Source: Trichomonas gallinae (Eukaryota). From it: a stretch of DNA of 53,922 nt. The notes beneath the pieces were generated by a model. It saw nothing but the letters and a program-made list of their open reading frames with translations. It had not been told where the DNA came from and ran no database searches. Below are positions 27,812 to 38,005 of the stretch, piece after piece. Made by a program: the position numbers and the translations under genes. The stretch spans positions 1 to 53,922 of the forward strand of contig MRSU01008064.1 in NCBI GenBank assembly GCA_008369845.1, given 5' to 3'. Position 1 is the first letter of the stretch. Each line of letters opens with the position of its first letter.

Positions 27812-30142
27812 TTAAACTGGAAAAGATGTTGGCGGAATCAATTGGAGTATTTTGATATCTGTGTCATTTAATGTCGAAAGAATGTCTTGAACATTTTCTA
27901 TATTCGGTGGATTTTTCATGAAGTCAATAAAATCTTGAGAAGGGCTTAATTCAAGAATTTTGAGTTTCGCCAATTCAGTAATTTCTTCATCTTCAGAAAA
28001 CTGCTGCAAAACAGTGTTCCAGGCCTCACAACTCTTTGCAAATCTCTTCAAGAACAAAATTCTGTTTGCCTTACTGCCTAAAATACTCAATGCATCTTTA
28101 TATTTCATGCTATTTGCCAATTCGATTCCTTTCAAGAAAACATTTTCTTTTCGAGTAGCATCATCAGTTCCGTATTTGATTAACGCAGCGATGCAGATTT
28201 TCTGTGCCTCTGATCCATTATAGAATTCTATTTCTTCTGGAACAACTGGCCACTCAGATACATGCAATTCTTCGCCTCCAACTTCTTCGCTGAATTTTAT
28301 GACGTTGTCAACTTCGCCGTGGATAAATGCGTGGCACAGCATTCTCTCATTGCATGGCCAGACGAAATTCGGCAGAGCTGGCTTCCCTATTTTGACTAGA
28401 ATAAGTGGATGCAAGTCGCAGCTGATTTCGCTCAAAACGTGGTCATCAAGATTCGCAAAAATTTTATCTGGAAGATTTTTGAAAATTTCTTTCGCTTCAT
28501 CATGTTTGTTTTTAGAAACGAGGCAGACAGCTTTGTACAACTTGCACAAAGGAAACTCTGGATCAGCGTCTGCTACTTCCTCATCGTAAACTTTCCCTCG
28601 CAACAATTTTCTAATGCATGAATCAAGTGGCAACTCTTTGATCATTTTTATGACATCGTCTGACATGTCATTTGCAGTGAATTTGGCATGGTTGACGAAA
28701 AAGGTGATTTTTCTCCTGTTTTTCGGGTTCACCATTTTAATTATTGATTTTCGCTTCTCTCCGTAGACTGGATTCTTCGCGTTTAAGGCAGATAAAAAGA
28801 AATCGAATGAAGAACTGATTTTTCCTTTTTCTTGCAAAGCCAAGCCAATCGAATAACAAGTCTCTGAGTATTTCGTGTCTCTTCTTGACAGCAAGCATAG
28901 GCCGAGTATTCTTGTGTCTATATCTTCTGAATCTAGTGCATAACTCGAAATTTCAGCTGATGAAGTTAAATTGAAAACATGAATGTTAGATTTGTTTGTG
29001 ATAAGATCAATAACAGTAATAAAACTCTTGTTAATGCAAATATGTTGAATTTTGCTGAACTTATGAGAAGATAATAATGGTAAGGAAAAATTCGTGATAT
29101 CGAGGCGTGATTTGTCTGGATTTGGCATAAAATTCAATGATTCATCATCAGAAAGGATGATAAAGTCATCATTGTGGACAGAAAATTTGCATCTAAGGTT
29201 TTCTCTAAGATTGCATGGGTCAAAGTTGTCTGCATCCGAATCTTTGAATCTATATGTGCAAAGAAGTGAAGCCTGCTCTGTTAAAAGAATTAGATTAAAT
29301 TTGGAAAGAAAATGAATATCTAAACAAGGAGAAGGTGGTCTGAACCTAAATATTATTTCAATATTGACTGGAGAGTTAATCAAATAGCGTGGTATGAACA
29401 AAAAGTTTGAAACTTCCGCTTCAATTAAACCAAATTCGATATTCAGCTCAGTTTGAACGTCATAGCATATTGCTCCTGGTATATATGGTTTAACATCTGA
29501 TGTTGGAATTCCTTTAACTATTTTTAGAATATAAAGATTTTCCTGGACAACAATTGCAAATAAATCTCCATATAATGAAAATATTGGGAAATAAACAGGT
29601 AAAGGCAGCAAAATAACGCATCGGAGTTTAGGTCTATCTTCTAAATCCCAAATAATGCAAGTTTTTTCTGTAACAATAATTATTGAATTTCCTGATGTTT
29701 GTGCAGAAGGATTCGAATCAGCACTGATGTTTGCAATGCATAGAACGCGTGGTCCAGGCGTCATTTTTGTAAATTGCCAAGATGTAGGATTTACAACTTT
29801 TTCCGGTATATTTACTGTTAGTGGGTCCGTAGTTTTTCTTTCTCGTGGAATTCTCCAATCGTAGAAGATTTTGAAGTAAGTTTTTGGATCAACAAAATCT
29901 TTTTCTTCGAAAATGATACAATCTTTGTCTTCTATGTACCATATGCTTAAAATTACTTGATTTGAGCCTTTAATTTGATATAAATGCTCAAAAGTTTCAA
30001 CATCATAAATATTTATTGTTTTTTCTTGTGAATTTAATATAAATAATTCATTTCTTTGGTTCAAAACAACCGCTTGCGGACAACCACCTAATTCCCTGTC
30101 ATATTGCTTCTGTATTGGACAAGGAATTTGATTTTCATTCAT
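27812..30142 (-). CDS. HPS3-like (BLOC-2 subunit-like) beta-propeller plus alpha-solenoid protein
   Basis: 776 aa. 'VILSIWYIEDKDCIIFEEKD...YFKIFYDWR' resembles the HPS3 N-terminal block (V..LAYSE.GDYLV.IEEK....FLR.Y.NWR). Beta-rich N-terminal half, helical C-terminal half. The CDS is secure; the family call is moderate. Confidence 0.6.
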   Translation of the reverse strand: MNENQIPCPIQKQYDRELGGCPQAVVLNQRNELFILNSQEKTINIYDVETFEHLYQIKGSNQVILSIWYIEDKDCIIFEEKDFVDPKTYFKIFYDWRIPRERKTTDPLTVNIPEKVVNPTSWQFTKMTPGPRVLCIANISADSNPSAQTSGNSIIIVTEKTCIIWDLEDRPKLRCVILLPLPVYFPIFSLYGDLFAIVVQENLYILKIVKGIPTSDVKPYIPGAICYDVQTELNIEFGLIEAEVSNFLFIPRYLINSPVNIEIIFRFRPPSPCLDIHFLSKFNLILLTEQASLLCTYRFKDSDADNFDPCNLRENLRCKFSVHNDDFIILSDDESLNFMPNPDKSRLDITNFSLPLLSSHKFSKIQHICINKSFITVIDLITNKSNIHVFNLTSSAEISSYALDSEDIDTRILGLCLLSRRDTKYSETCYSIGLALQEKGKISSSFDFFLSALNAKNPVYGEKRKSIIKMVNPKNRRKITFFVNHAKFTANDMSDDVIKMIKELPLDSCIRKLLRGKVYDEEVADADPEFPLCKLYKAVCLVSKNKHDEAKEIFKNLPDKIFANLDDHVLSEISCDLHPLILVKIGKPALPNFVWPCNERMLCHAFIHGEVDNVIKFSEEVGGEELHVSEWPVVPEEIEFYNGSEAQKICIAALIKYGTDDATRKENVFLKGIELANSMKYKDALSILGSKANRILFLKRFAKSCEAWNTVLQQFSEDEEITELAKLKILELSPSQDFIDFMKNPPNIENVQDILSTLNDTDIKILQLIPPTSFPV

Positions 30143-30146
30143 TTTA

Positions 30147-30154
30147 AAAGTGAC
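30147..30154 (-). promoter_or_regulatory. Inr element of the HPS3-like gene
   Basis: Minus strand reads GTCACTTT-TAAA-ATG. Confidence 0.7.
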
Positions 30155-30570
30155 ATATTAATTTGTCATGTAAATATATAGAAGGAGCAGATTATTGAAA
30201 AACTGACAAATTAATTTGTCATGTAACACAAACGACAGATCTAAAATTAGTCGTGTAAAGTGAAAAATTGATAAGTAGATACTTGACTTTTTGTGCAATC
30301 TCTTATGTTTTAAAAGCCATTATTTCATTTATTTTCTTTTGATATAAACTTTTAATTTCATCCTTGGTGCATATTTTTTAGAATAAAAAAAATCATTGAA
30401 AGCATTATGCTTTCGGAAACTAAATAAAAAAAATAGTATATTATAAGAATATCTCATCATCAAAGCTATGCATTGAAGAGCACGACTAACGATTAAAAAT
30501 GAAATGGTGACGGTTTTAGCCATATATTTACTATCAATGTTCTTATAAATTTGCCATCAATTTTTTATAA

Positions 30571-31396
30571 ATGTCCTCTTCTAATGTTGGAGATATCCAT
30601 TCAATGATTTCTAAGGAGGAACTCTGTTCATGTTTAAAAATACAAAGTTAAATTTCGCAGAATCTTCATATATTTTGCAACAAATTAAATCTGAATATAA
30701 ACAATCCGTAACATATATATTGATAGATTTTTTTCGGAGAAATTAAAAAACAAAAATTCTTGAATTACTTAGAATAATTGGAAAATGCATCGAATTGGAT
30801 GTATTTGATTCAATTATTGAGATCGTTGAGTCTGCATTTTCCAGAAACAAACTACCAAATAACAAGAATATTAAAGCTTTAATGGCTGCTTGCTGTTCTA
30901 ATTTCAATGAAATATTATGATATTTTCAACAAAATTGCAGAAGAAAATGATGCTGAATTCATGTCTTTTGCTATCAATGAGAATCTGCACACAGCATATA
31001 TTAACCATAAATGACAATTGCTATCATAAATACGCAACATATTTTTCCAAAATCCGACATTTTGATGTCAACACAACAGACAAATGGGACGAAACTGCCT
31101 TGATTTGTGCTTCAGAAAAAGATCATCATGAAGTTGTTAAACTCCTTCTCACAGTTCCTGGAATTGATGTCAACTCAAAAGACAATGGCAATAGGACAGC
31201 TCTAATTTGTGATTCAGAAAAAGGTCATCATGAAGTTGTCAAACTCCTTATCACAATTCCTCGAATAGATGTTAATGCAAAAGACTATTTCAATTACATA
31301 GATTTGGATTTGGCTTCATATAGAGGACATCATGAAATTTCTAAAATCTTTCTCACAGTTCCAGGAATAGATACTGCCGTAAAAAATAGCAATTAA
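30571..31396 (+). pseudogene. Ankyrin-repeat pseudogene
   Basis: Three to four ankyrin repeats (TALICASEKDHHEVVKLLLTVPGIDVN) in 31060-31396. The upstream part from the ATG at 30571 is broken by stops and frameshifts, and the repeats carry non-consensus changes (ALICDS, IDLDLAS). Confidence 0.75.
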
Positions 31397-31565
31397 ATAA
31401 CAATATGTGTTTTTAAGAATGTTTTTTTTTTTTTTTTCTTTGTCATTATTTTTTGCAAAACTTTAAAAAATTCGTTATATAATCGGCATCCAGAGAAATG
31501 TAGAATAAGAATATAGAATCATTTCAAAGTAACAGTTTAATTAAATACATAACAAGAATAAACAA

Positions 31566-32627
31566 CTATTTCAATGCTTCTCCTAATTCTATAATAAGCT
31601 GTGCACGGTCGGCATCTGCCTTGGCTTTCTCTATTTCCAGATTAATATCATGCTTCCATTTGGATATAACTTTTTCTGGATCTGTTCGATTGACTTTTTC
31701 TTCCAGCTCATCTATTTGATCCAGTAATTCCTTAAGAGTTCCGTCATCTTCCGGAATTTCATCAATTTTAAGCAATTCTTTTGATTTTCTGAGTTCTTCG
31801 ATTTCCTTTGATGTTTCTGATATTTCCATTTCTAAGTGAGCTTTATTGATACCTGATAGTTTAATTTCTTGCTGTTTTGTCTGAAAATCTTGATTCTTCT
31901 TTTCCAAATTAAATAAATCTTTTTTGAGTTTTTTGTTTTCTTCTTCAATTTCTTGTATGTCTTTGTGCTTTTCTTGTAATCTTTGCTTGTCTTCTTTTAG
32001 TTTATCAAGTTGCGCTAAACATTTTTCTTTTTCGTTTAAAAGATTACGATTAATTTTTTCGGCTTCAGCTGCTTCGTGCATTTCTGATTCGAGTTTCGAT
32101 TGGTATTGTTCAAGAACGTTTTGTTCAATAGAATCATACTGCTGTTTCAAATCTTGATATTTCGATTTGTAATTATCAATTGACTTCTGTAATTCTAAAT
32201 TTTCTTCTTCAAGACTCTTTTGTGAAGCTTCAAAATTGAATGGAAGTGAGTCAGATGCTTTACTTGAAATTTTGAATTTTTCAAACATGTTTTCAGCCTT
32301 TGATTCTCCTACTTCATCGTTAGGAAACTTCAATCTATATAAGACATATAAGAAAAATAGTGTTGTTTGGTTATTTTTTGGTTGATCAGACGACAAAAAT
32401 TGAGGAATTTGGTCTAAATATCCTTGTTCTCTAATAAGTGTAATAATGACAATCGCAATATATGTTAAATTATCGGTTTCATTTGGATATAATTCTTGTG
32501 GAACTAAATTCTTTAAAGCATTCATAAATTTCTGTGATGAACATACAGTATTAATATCTGTTACTTCAGGACCCGTTTCAATGTAATTGTTAATCCATGA
32601 TAATAATGATATATTTCGATCTTCCAT
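31566..32627 (-). CDS. HOOK/NuMA-like CH domain plus coiled-coil protein
   Basis: N-terminal 'SLLSWINNY...VTDINTVCSSQKFMNALKNLVP' resembles a Hook-type CH start. A long K/E coiled coil follows. Confidence 0.7.
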   Translation of the reverse strand: MEDRNISLLSWINNYIETGPEVTDINTVCSSQKFMNALKNLVPQELYPNETDNLTYIAIVIITLIREQGYLDQIPQFLSSDQPKNNQTTLFFLYVLYRLKFPNDEVGESKAENMFEKFKISSKASDSLPFNFEASQKSLEEENLELQKSIDNYKSKYQDLKQQYDSIEQNVLEQYQSKLESEMHEAAEAEKINRNLLNEKEKCLAQLDKLKEDKQRLQEKHKDIQEIEEENKKLKKDLFNLEKKNQDFQTKQQEIKLSGINKAHLEMEISETSKEIEELRKSKELLKIDEIPEDDGTLKELLDQIDELEEKVNRTDPEKVISKWKHDINLEIEKAKADADRAQLIIELGEALK

Positions 32628-32715
32628 TGTTAAATTAAGTTAAAAAGGGTAATAAAAAATTATATAGGGGTGATTTTAATTGGGGTCTGATTGTTTAATT
32701 AAGGGGATGGAAATT

Positions 32716-33699
32716 TTAAAAACTTCTCGAGATCTGGAAAATTATGGGGTCGATTGCAATCGAAAATTCAATGTTTTTGAAAGGATAGTTGATATACAAG
32801 AGAAATTTTATCACAATAATAGATTCAATTAAAATAGTATTTTTGTCACTTTCGCTTGGATGATAATAATGCCATATAATTACATCAGTCGGAAAAGGAT
32901 AAAAGAATTGATGCATAATTTCATATGCGGCTGGAGAACGATAATTAAATAAAAATGCTATATCTATTGGGATCACCTGAATGAACGCCTTGCACATTGA
33001 TTAAATCGTGCGTTTTTGCTAAATTAGAAACATAGTCTATTATGTCACGATGTGTGCAAGCTGTAATTATGTCCCATCCTGCTTGTTTTAATATATAATT
33101 CTCAACAATATTTGTTATATTTTTTGGAATTATTTTTTGATTCATTGAAGGATCGAGAGTTACTCCTCCCTGTTGATCCCTACCTCTGAAATTCAGTTGG
33201 ATGTCATATCTTTCTTTTATAAATTGAACATGTAGTTAGAGTTGTCTCGTAATCGTGCTTATAATTGGCCAACTTGCGTATAAGGCCATTTGTATATTCT
33301 TCCATGATAGTCATTAACCTAGAAAAGTTTAAAATGTCGTTGTTTTCTAACTCAACTATAAATATCAATAAAGTCGCAATCAATTGGAGAAACTTGTTGA
33401 CTAGAAATACTAAGTTGTTTACTGGGAATATTAGCTTGTTGACTAGGAAGACTATGTTTACTGGGACGCAAATGAATTACTTGGGATTTTTATTAATAAA
33501 AAATAAACATTGCGATTTTGGACCGTTTTGATGCCATTGACGTGAATTTAAGCACAATTTTATAGTGGCATCTAACGTATGGATAGATAAAGTCATTGTA
33601 ACTTTTGGAAGAGGGCATTTCGATAGTAGTAGCTATATTATAAACAAAAAATAATTTTCGGAGTATTTCTGCCTCTTTAAGAACCGGAAGCAAGGCCAT
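32716..33699 (-). pseudogene. P-element-like transposase, N-terminal remnant
   Basis: Frameshifted minus-strand frame: PSxQ repeats, a helical region, then 'DIAFLFNYRSPAAYEIMHQFFYPFPTDVIIWHYY' (P/THAP9-type SPxAY..L...LP motif) and 'FSIAIDPI' (candidate first catalytic Asp). Truncated after that point. Confidence 0.55.
33394..33470. repeat. Short degenerate ~21-bp tandem repeat (TTGTTKACTRG units, ~4 copies)
   Basis: ttgttgactagaaatactaag / ttgtttactgggaatattagc / ttgttgactaggaagacta / tgtttactggga. Encodes PS(K/Q)Q-type heptads on the minus strand. Confidence 0.75.
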
Positions 33700-34349
33700 G
33701 GGAAATCATTTACATGACGTGTTTGAGATTGAAGCCCCAATAGCGCTAATGAAATTCGGTTATGGCCTCACTTCATCTGGAAGAGATGTTATAAGGTTCT
33801 CAATGGGTCATAATACAGAAAGAACACTTGGTACCCCAGACTTAGACGAGTTCATGTACCCATCCAGTGCCCACTGCGAACTCTAATAAGAGTGATGATG
33901 AATCAACACCCCTAGATATAGATACAGATTTCACATCTGAAATAACAGAGGGGGAATGTAGAGAAGGCCAATATGAATTGGATGACTACAAAAATTTCGA
34001 GTAAGACTCATTTGAGGTATTCATGAAGAAAATGCTCAAAAATAGAGCAATTGTAGAGGCTGCATTTGATCGATAGATAGATAAACAATTTTGGTCTGCT
34101 CCAGACGCATGATGTCTCGCATTAAAATCTCTAGTTCTTTGGACGTTGACTCTCAATCCGTCCGAAACCGATTTTGAAAGACTAATCTCTCGGATTCGAG
34201 ATACTAGACATGCAGGCAACAAAAGAACAGGTGAATATTTGCTAAAGGCGCGAGTTTTGCACAAATTATTCGAAAATGAAAGTAATTATGACGATTTCAA
34301 AAAAATTATCAACCATTCGAAATCCTACATCATTAATCAGACAATCTGA
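33698..34349 (+). pseudogene. hAT-family transposase, C-terminal remnant (dimerisation domain)
   Basis: Reading through stops gives 'KQFWSAPDA*CLALKSLVLWTLTLNPSETDFERLISRIRDTRHAGNKRTGEYLLKARVL', matching the hAT dimerisation pattern (FW...L..LA...L..P.S...ER.FS). Confidence 0.65.
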
Positions 34350-34394
34350 TTGAACTTTATAGTGCTCTTGTATGCAGCTACTTCCCTATGTATA

Positions 34395-34780
34395 TTTTCG
34401 GAATTTATAATCTACGATCACAGCTTTCTGGAAACTGGATAGCTAGCTGACATCTTGGGCGAGGCTGGGACACAAAGCAAGAAGAAGTTCAATTAAACTG
34501 AATGAGCACAATTCGGATCTCAAGAATTGTAACAATTTCCATAACTCTTCTTCATTGTAGCACTGAACTGAGGTAATAGCAACACTATGTTCCATAAATA
34601 TTTGTAAAAATTCTCCGTGATTTTCTTCGTAATTTGCCTTAGCTAACTTCTTGTAGTCATCTTTGAACCTCTGTTTCTTGTTTGGCTCATCATTTTCGAG
34701 TTTCTGTAATTGGATAATTTCATACATATCACTGCTTTATTTACACTGAACAAGTACGAAACAAGAGTGCTGCCGCATTG
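34395..34780 (-). pseudogene. Second copy of unknown family B
   Basis: STLVSYLFSVNKAVICMKLSNY / KQRFKDDYKKLAKANYEENHGE..LRSELCSFSLIELLLALCPSLAQDVS*LSSFQKAVIVDYKFR. Collinear with 18740-19143. Confidence 0.7.
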
Positions 34781-35027
34781 TCATGATACATTTTTGTGAT
34801 TTCTTGATGATAAATAAAATTGCAAAAATGACCACACCCCTTTACTTTTTATATTTACGTGTCAAATTTGACGTGTAAACCTGTTACCTTTTGACCATGC
34901 ATTTTCGTACGCCAAAAATGTTACATATATTGTAAAAGTTATAGGGTAGTCTAAGAGCCGGAGCGCCCGTAGGGTGCTGCATGACTCACTCGTTTTTTTT
35001 TTTATTTTATTTTATCATTTTAGATGA

Positions 35028-36665
35028 ATGATGTGGATATATGATATGCAACTAACAATTGAGATCCAGGATCTTATATCAAACAACGCAAATATTGAAT
35101 TACTCGCAGAACTGATAAAAGATAACATGATATTTCAAGATAAATCAATGATAATATTTTTCATTCAGAATTTATGCAGATTTGTAACAATTAGACCAAG
35201 AAATATGAATTATTACATCTCAATATTGAGATTAATAGTATCAAATACAGAAAAATTTGAAGTATTAAGAGAAATATTTGATTATATTCAGCTACCAATG
35301 GCTTTCTTGCAACAAGTTCCGCTCCTTCGGTTTTTGTACTTATCTATAAAGGAAAAAATATACAGTTTCCATGATATTCTCAATCACATTGATTTTAAAA
35401 ATTATACAACTTTGCAGCTAGGTTTACTATACCAATTTTGGTTTTCGAAAGAAATAGAAGAGAATCATATAAGTATAGATCCTCATACACTTGGAATCTA
35501 TAGCAATAATTTCAAGCGAGTTTTTACAAATTATTTTTCGAAAATAGAAAAAATGAGGGAAAACGACTGGGAATATTACAACAATCTAAGAGAAAACGGA
35601 ATTACAAAGGGTCTCCTGTATACAATTAAATGTGATGACATTGAACAGCTATCGTGCTGTGCAGCCAATCCTGAGTTTGATTTTAATGAAAGAATTAAAC
35701 CAAAATATTTTTCGACTGATTTCTTCTTGCAAAATAATCCAACACTAATTCAAGTTGCCGCATACTATGGCTCTATTAAGTGTTTCAATTTCCTCAGATT
35801 GAACAATGCTGATTTGCACGTGGAAGACAAAAAATCACAAAGTTTACAAAAATTCGCAGTTGCTGGAGGAAATTTAACAATTCTTGATATATTGGACGAC
35901 TTCAGCTTTGAAGACACCTTAACTACAAGTGTTTTGTTTCATAACATTGAGATATTGAAATGGCTGATCTCTGTGAAGAAAGTTCACAACATGAATGAAG
36001 CATTTTCCACAGCCTGTTTAAACAATGATTTTGAATGCTTGAATTTATTATTAGAAAACGGAGTGAATCCAAATTCATGCAATGTAAATGCATCCAACGC
36101 TCTTCATCTTGCTGCAGCGAGGAATAACTTTGTTGTTTTAAACTTCTTGAAAGGATTGAATATTAATCTAGCAGCTCATAACGTTAAAGGCATGACTCCT
36201 TTAAATCTTGCAATAGTTAGGAATCATATTGAATCAGTGAGAACATTCCTTGAATATCCATATATCAATATAAATACATCTGGCATAAAAACGCCATTAA
36301 TGTTTGCATGTGAATTCGGAAATCTTGATATAATTGATTTGTTAATTAAAAATAGAGCAGATTTGAATTTGCAGGATGAATCTCTTTATGCAGCAATACA
36401 CTATGCTGTAATTTCAAAAAGAATTGATGTTGTCAAGCATTTAATCAAGCAAGATAACCTGGATATAAATACAACGACTAATGAAGGCTGGACAGCTCTT
36501 CATTTTGCTGCACAACTTGGTTATCATGGAATTGTTGAAGTTTTATTAAACACAGGAAAAATAGAAAACATTAAAGATATCAATGGAAATTCTGCCTTCG
36601 ATTTAGCAAGAGATTCTAAAAGTAAAAACTGCGAATTACTTTTATCAAAATGGCTTTCAAGTTAA
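35028..36665 (+). CDS. Ankyrin-repeat protein (DUF3447-type, trichomonad-expanded family)
   Basis: 'LIQVAAYYGSIKCFNFL' and 'FAVAGGNLTI', followed by ~7 ankyrin repeats (TPLMFACEFGNLDII, TALHFAAQLGYHGIV). Inr-like TCATTTT at 35015-35021. Confidence 0.92.
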   Translation: MMWIYDMQLTIEIQDLISNNANIELLAELIKDNMIFQDKSMIIFFIQNLCRFVTIRPRNMNYYISILRLIVSNTEKFEVLREIFDYIQLPMAFLQQVPLLRFLYLSIKEKIYSFHDILNHIDFKNYTTLQLGLLYQFWFSKEIEENHISIDPHTLGIYSNNFKRVFTNYFSKIEKMRENDWEYYNNLRENGITKGLLYTIKCDDIEQLSCCAANPEFDFNERIKPKYFSTDFFLQNNPTLIQVAAYYGSIKCFNFLRLNNADLHVEDKKSQSLQKFAVAGGNLTILDILDDFSFEDTLTTSVLFHNIEILKWLISVKKVHNMNEAFSTACLNNDFECLNLLLENGVNPNSCNVNASNALHLAAARNNFVVLNFLKGLNINLAAHNVKGMTPLNLAIVRNHIESVRTFLEYPYININTSGIKTPLMFACEFGNLDIIDLLIKNRADLNLQDESLYAAIHYAVISKRIDVVKHLIKQDNLDINTTTNEGWTALHFAAQLGYHGIVEVLLNTGKIENIKDINGNSAFDLARDSKSKNCELLLSKWLSS

Positions 36666-36862
36666 GCTTTTTACAATGCATATGTTTAGCAGCTAATAGA
36701 TCCTCATGAATTCAAAGATAACTTTCTTGTTGGACTTATTGATTGGTGTAGATCCAAAATGTACCATCAATAATGGTGCTGAAGCTCATAATTATAACTC
36801 ATTATTTTAGTTAGTTAGGTAATCCTATAATAAAAATGAATTTAGTTCAATAGATATAGGTT

Positions 36863-38005
36863 TTATTTTCTATGGTTCTGGCAGAAGACTCCTTTTGCGC
36901 CGTTCTCATTGCAGAGTGAGCAGCGGTCGCATTCCATCTCCTTTCCTTCGAGGAGCTTGTTGACTAAGTGCGGCTCCCTGATGAATGGTCTTGACATCGA
37001 AATGAAGTCGATCTTTCCACTCTTGACTGATTCCTCCATGTGTGCGAAGCTTGTCCAGCCTCCGACAGCGGCAACGTTGAGCTCTGGGATCATCTCCTTG
37101 ACAACGGCAGCTGCATCGAGGTTGTAGCCATCCTTGAATGGAATGTCGTCGCAGAATTGGTGGTAAAGTTTGATTAATTCTTCTGGGTTCTTAATATTCT
37201 TTCTGATTGTTTGCTCGTTGAAGGCGGCTCTTGTTGCCCAGCGCTTTGGTCCAATGCCGCAGGAAACTTCGACGAAATCGAATGCTGGCGCCAAACTCAA
37301 ATTCTCAGCGCACATGCCTGGTGTAACACCTCCTTCGAGGCAATCTGAGCCGTTGATCTTGATGCCGAGTGCGAAAGAGTCGGCAGCTTGAGATCTGATT
37401 GCCCATGTAACCTCATTCAAGAAACGAGCGCGATTTTCGATAGAACCACCCCACTTATCCTTTCTCTTGTTGAGAAGTGGTGATAAGAAGGCAGAAATTA
37501 GATATCCATGAGCGCCATGAATTTGGACGCCGTCAGCGCCGACTTTTTCGAGGAATTTTGCAGCCTTTGCGAATGATTCGATTGTTTCGTCAATTTGAAC
37601 GTCAGTCATTTCGTGTGTATTTGGTCCTAGTGGAGAAACTCCGATTGGATCACGTCCAATGAAAGAAGGGTTGCAATAGCAGCCTCCATGTGCAAGCTGG
37701 AAGACGATTTTAGATCCATACTTGTGAATTTCTTTAATTGTAGATTCCCATGCTTGTGCATGCTCTTTTGTGGTCATTCCAGCTTGGCGTGGGGCGGATT
37801 TTCCGTGTGAAATCGTATACATGAATCCTGGGATGATCAAAGCTGTTCCTCCCCTGGCTAAATTAACCATCATGTCCAAAAGCTTCTTATTTGGGAAGCC
37901 ATTGTCATCACAAAGTCCCTCCCATGTTGGTGACCTCATGAATCTGTTTTTCAGCTGCATCGGTCCGCATTGAAGCGGAGAAAAAAGCACTGAGTTTGAC
38001 CTCAT
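36863..38005 (-). CDS. NADH:flavin oxidoreductase, Old Yellow Enzyme family, with C-terminal Cys cluster
   Basis: 'LFSPL..GPMQLKNRFMRSP', 'QLAHGG', 'GADGVQIHGAHGYLISAFLSP..NKRKDKWGGSIENRARF', 'DFISMSRPFIREPHL', and C-terminal CDRCSLC...C. Confidence 0.95.
   Translation of the reverse strand: MRSNSVLFSPLQCGPMQLKNRFMRSPTWEGLCDDNGFPNKKLLDMMVNLARGGTALIIPGFMYTISHGKSAPRQAGMTTKEHAQAWESTIKEIHKYGSKIVFQLAHGGCYCNPSFIGRDPIGVSPLGPNTHEMTDVQIDETIESFAKAAKFLEKVGADGVQIHGAHGYLISAFLSPLLNKRKDKWGGSIENRARFLNEVTWAIRSQAADSFALGIKINGSDCLEGGVTPGMCAENLSLAPAFDFVEVSCGIGPKRWATRAAFNEQTIRKNIKNPEELIKLYHQFCDDIPFKDGYNLDAAAVVKEMIPELNVAAVGGWTSFAHMEESVKSGKIDFISMSRPFIREPHLVNKLLEGKEMECDRCSLCNENGAKGVFCQNHRK

Larger units (their letters stand above)
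32716..34993. mobile_element. Decayed mosaic transposon island 2 with Helitron-like right end
   Basis: 2.3 kb of broken frames resembling P and hAT transposases plus a family-B fragment, ending in a palindromic block, a GC hairpin and CTCG|T. Confidence 0.7.
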
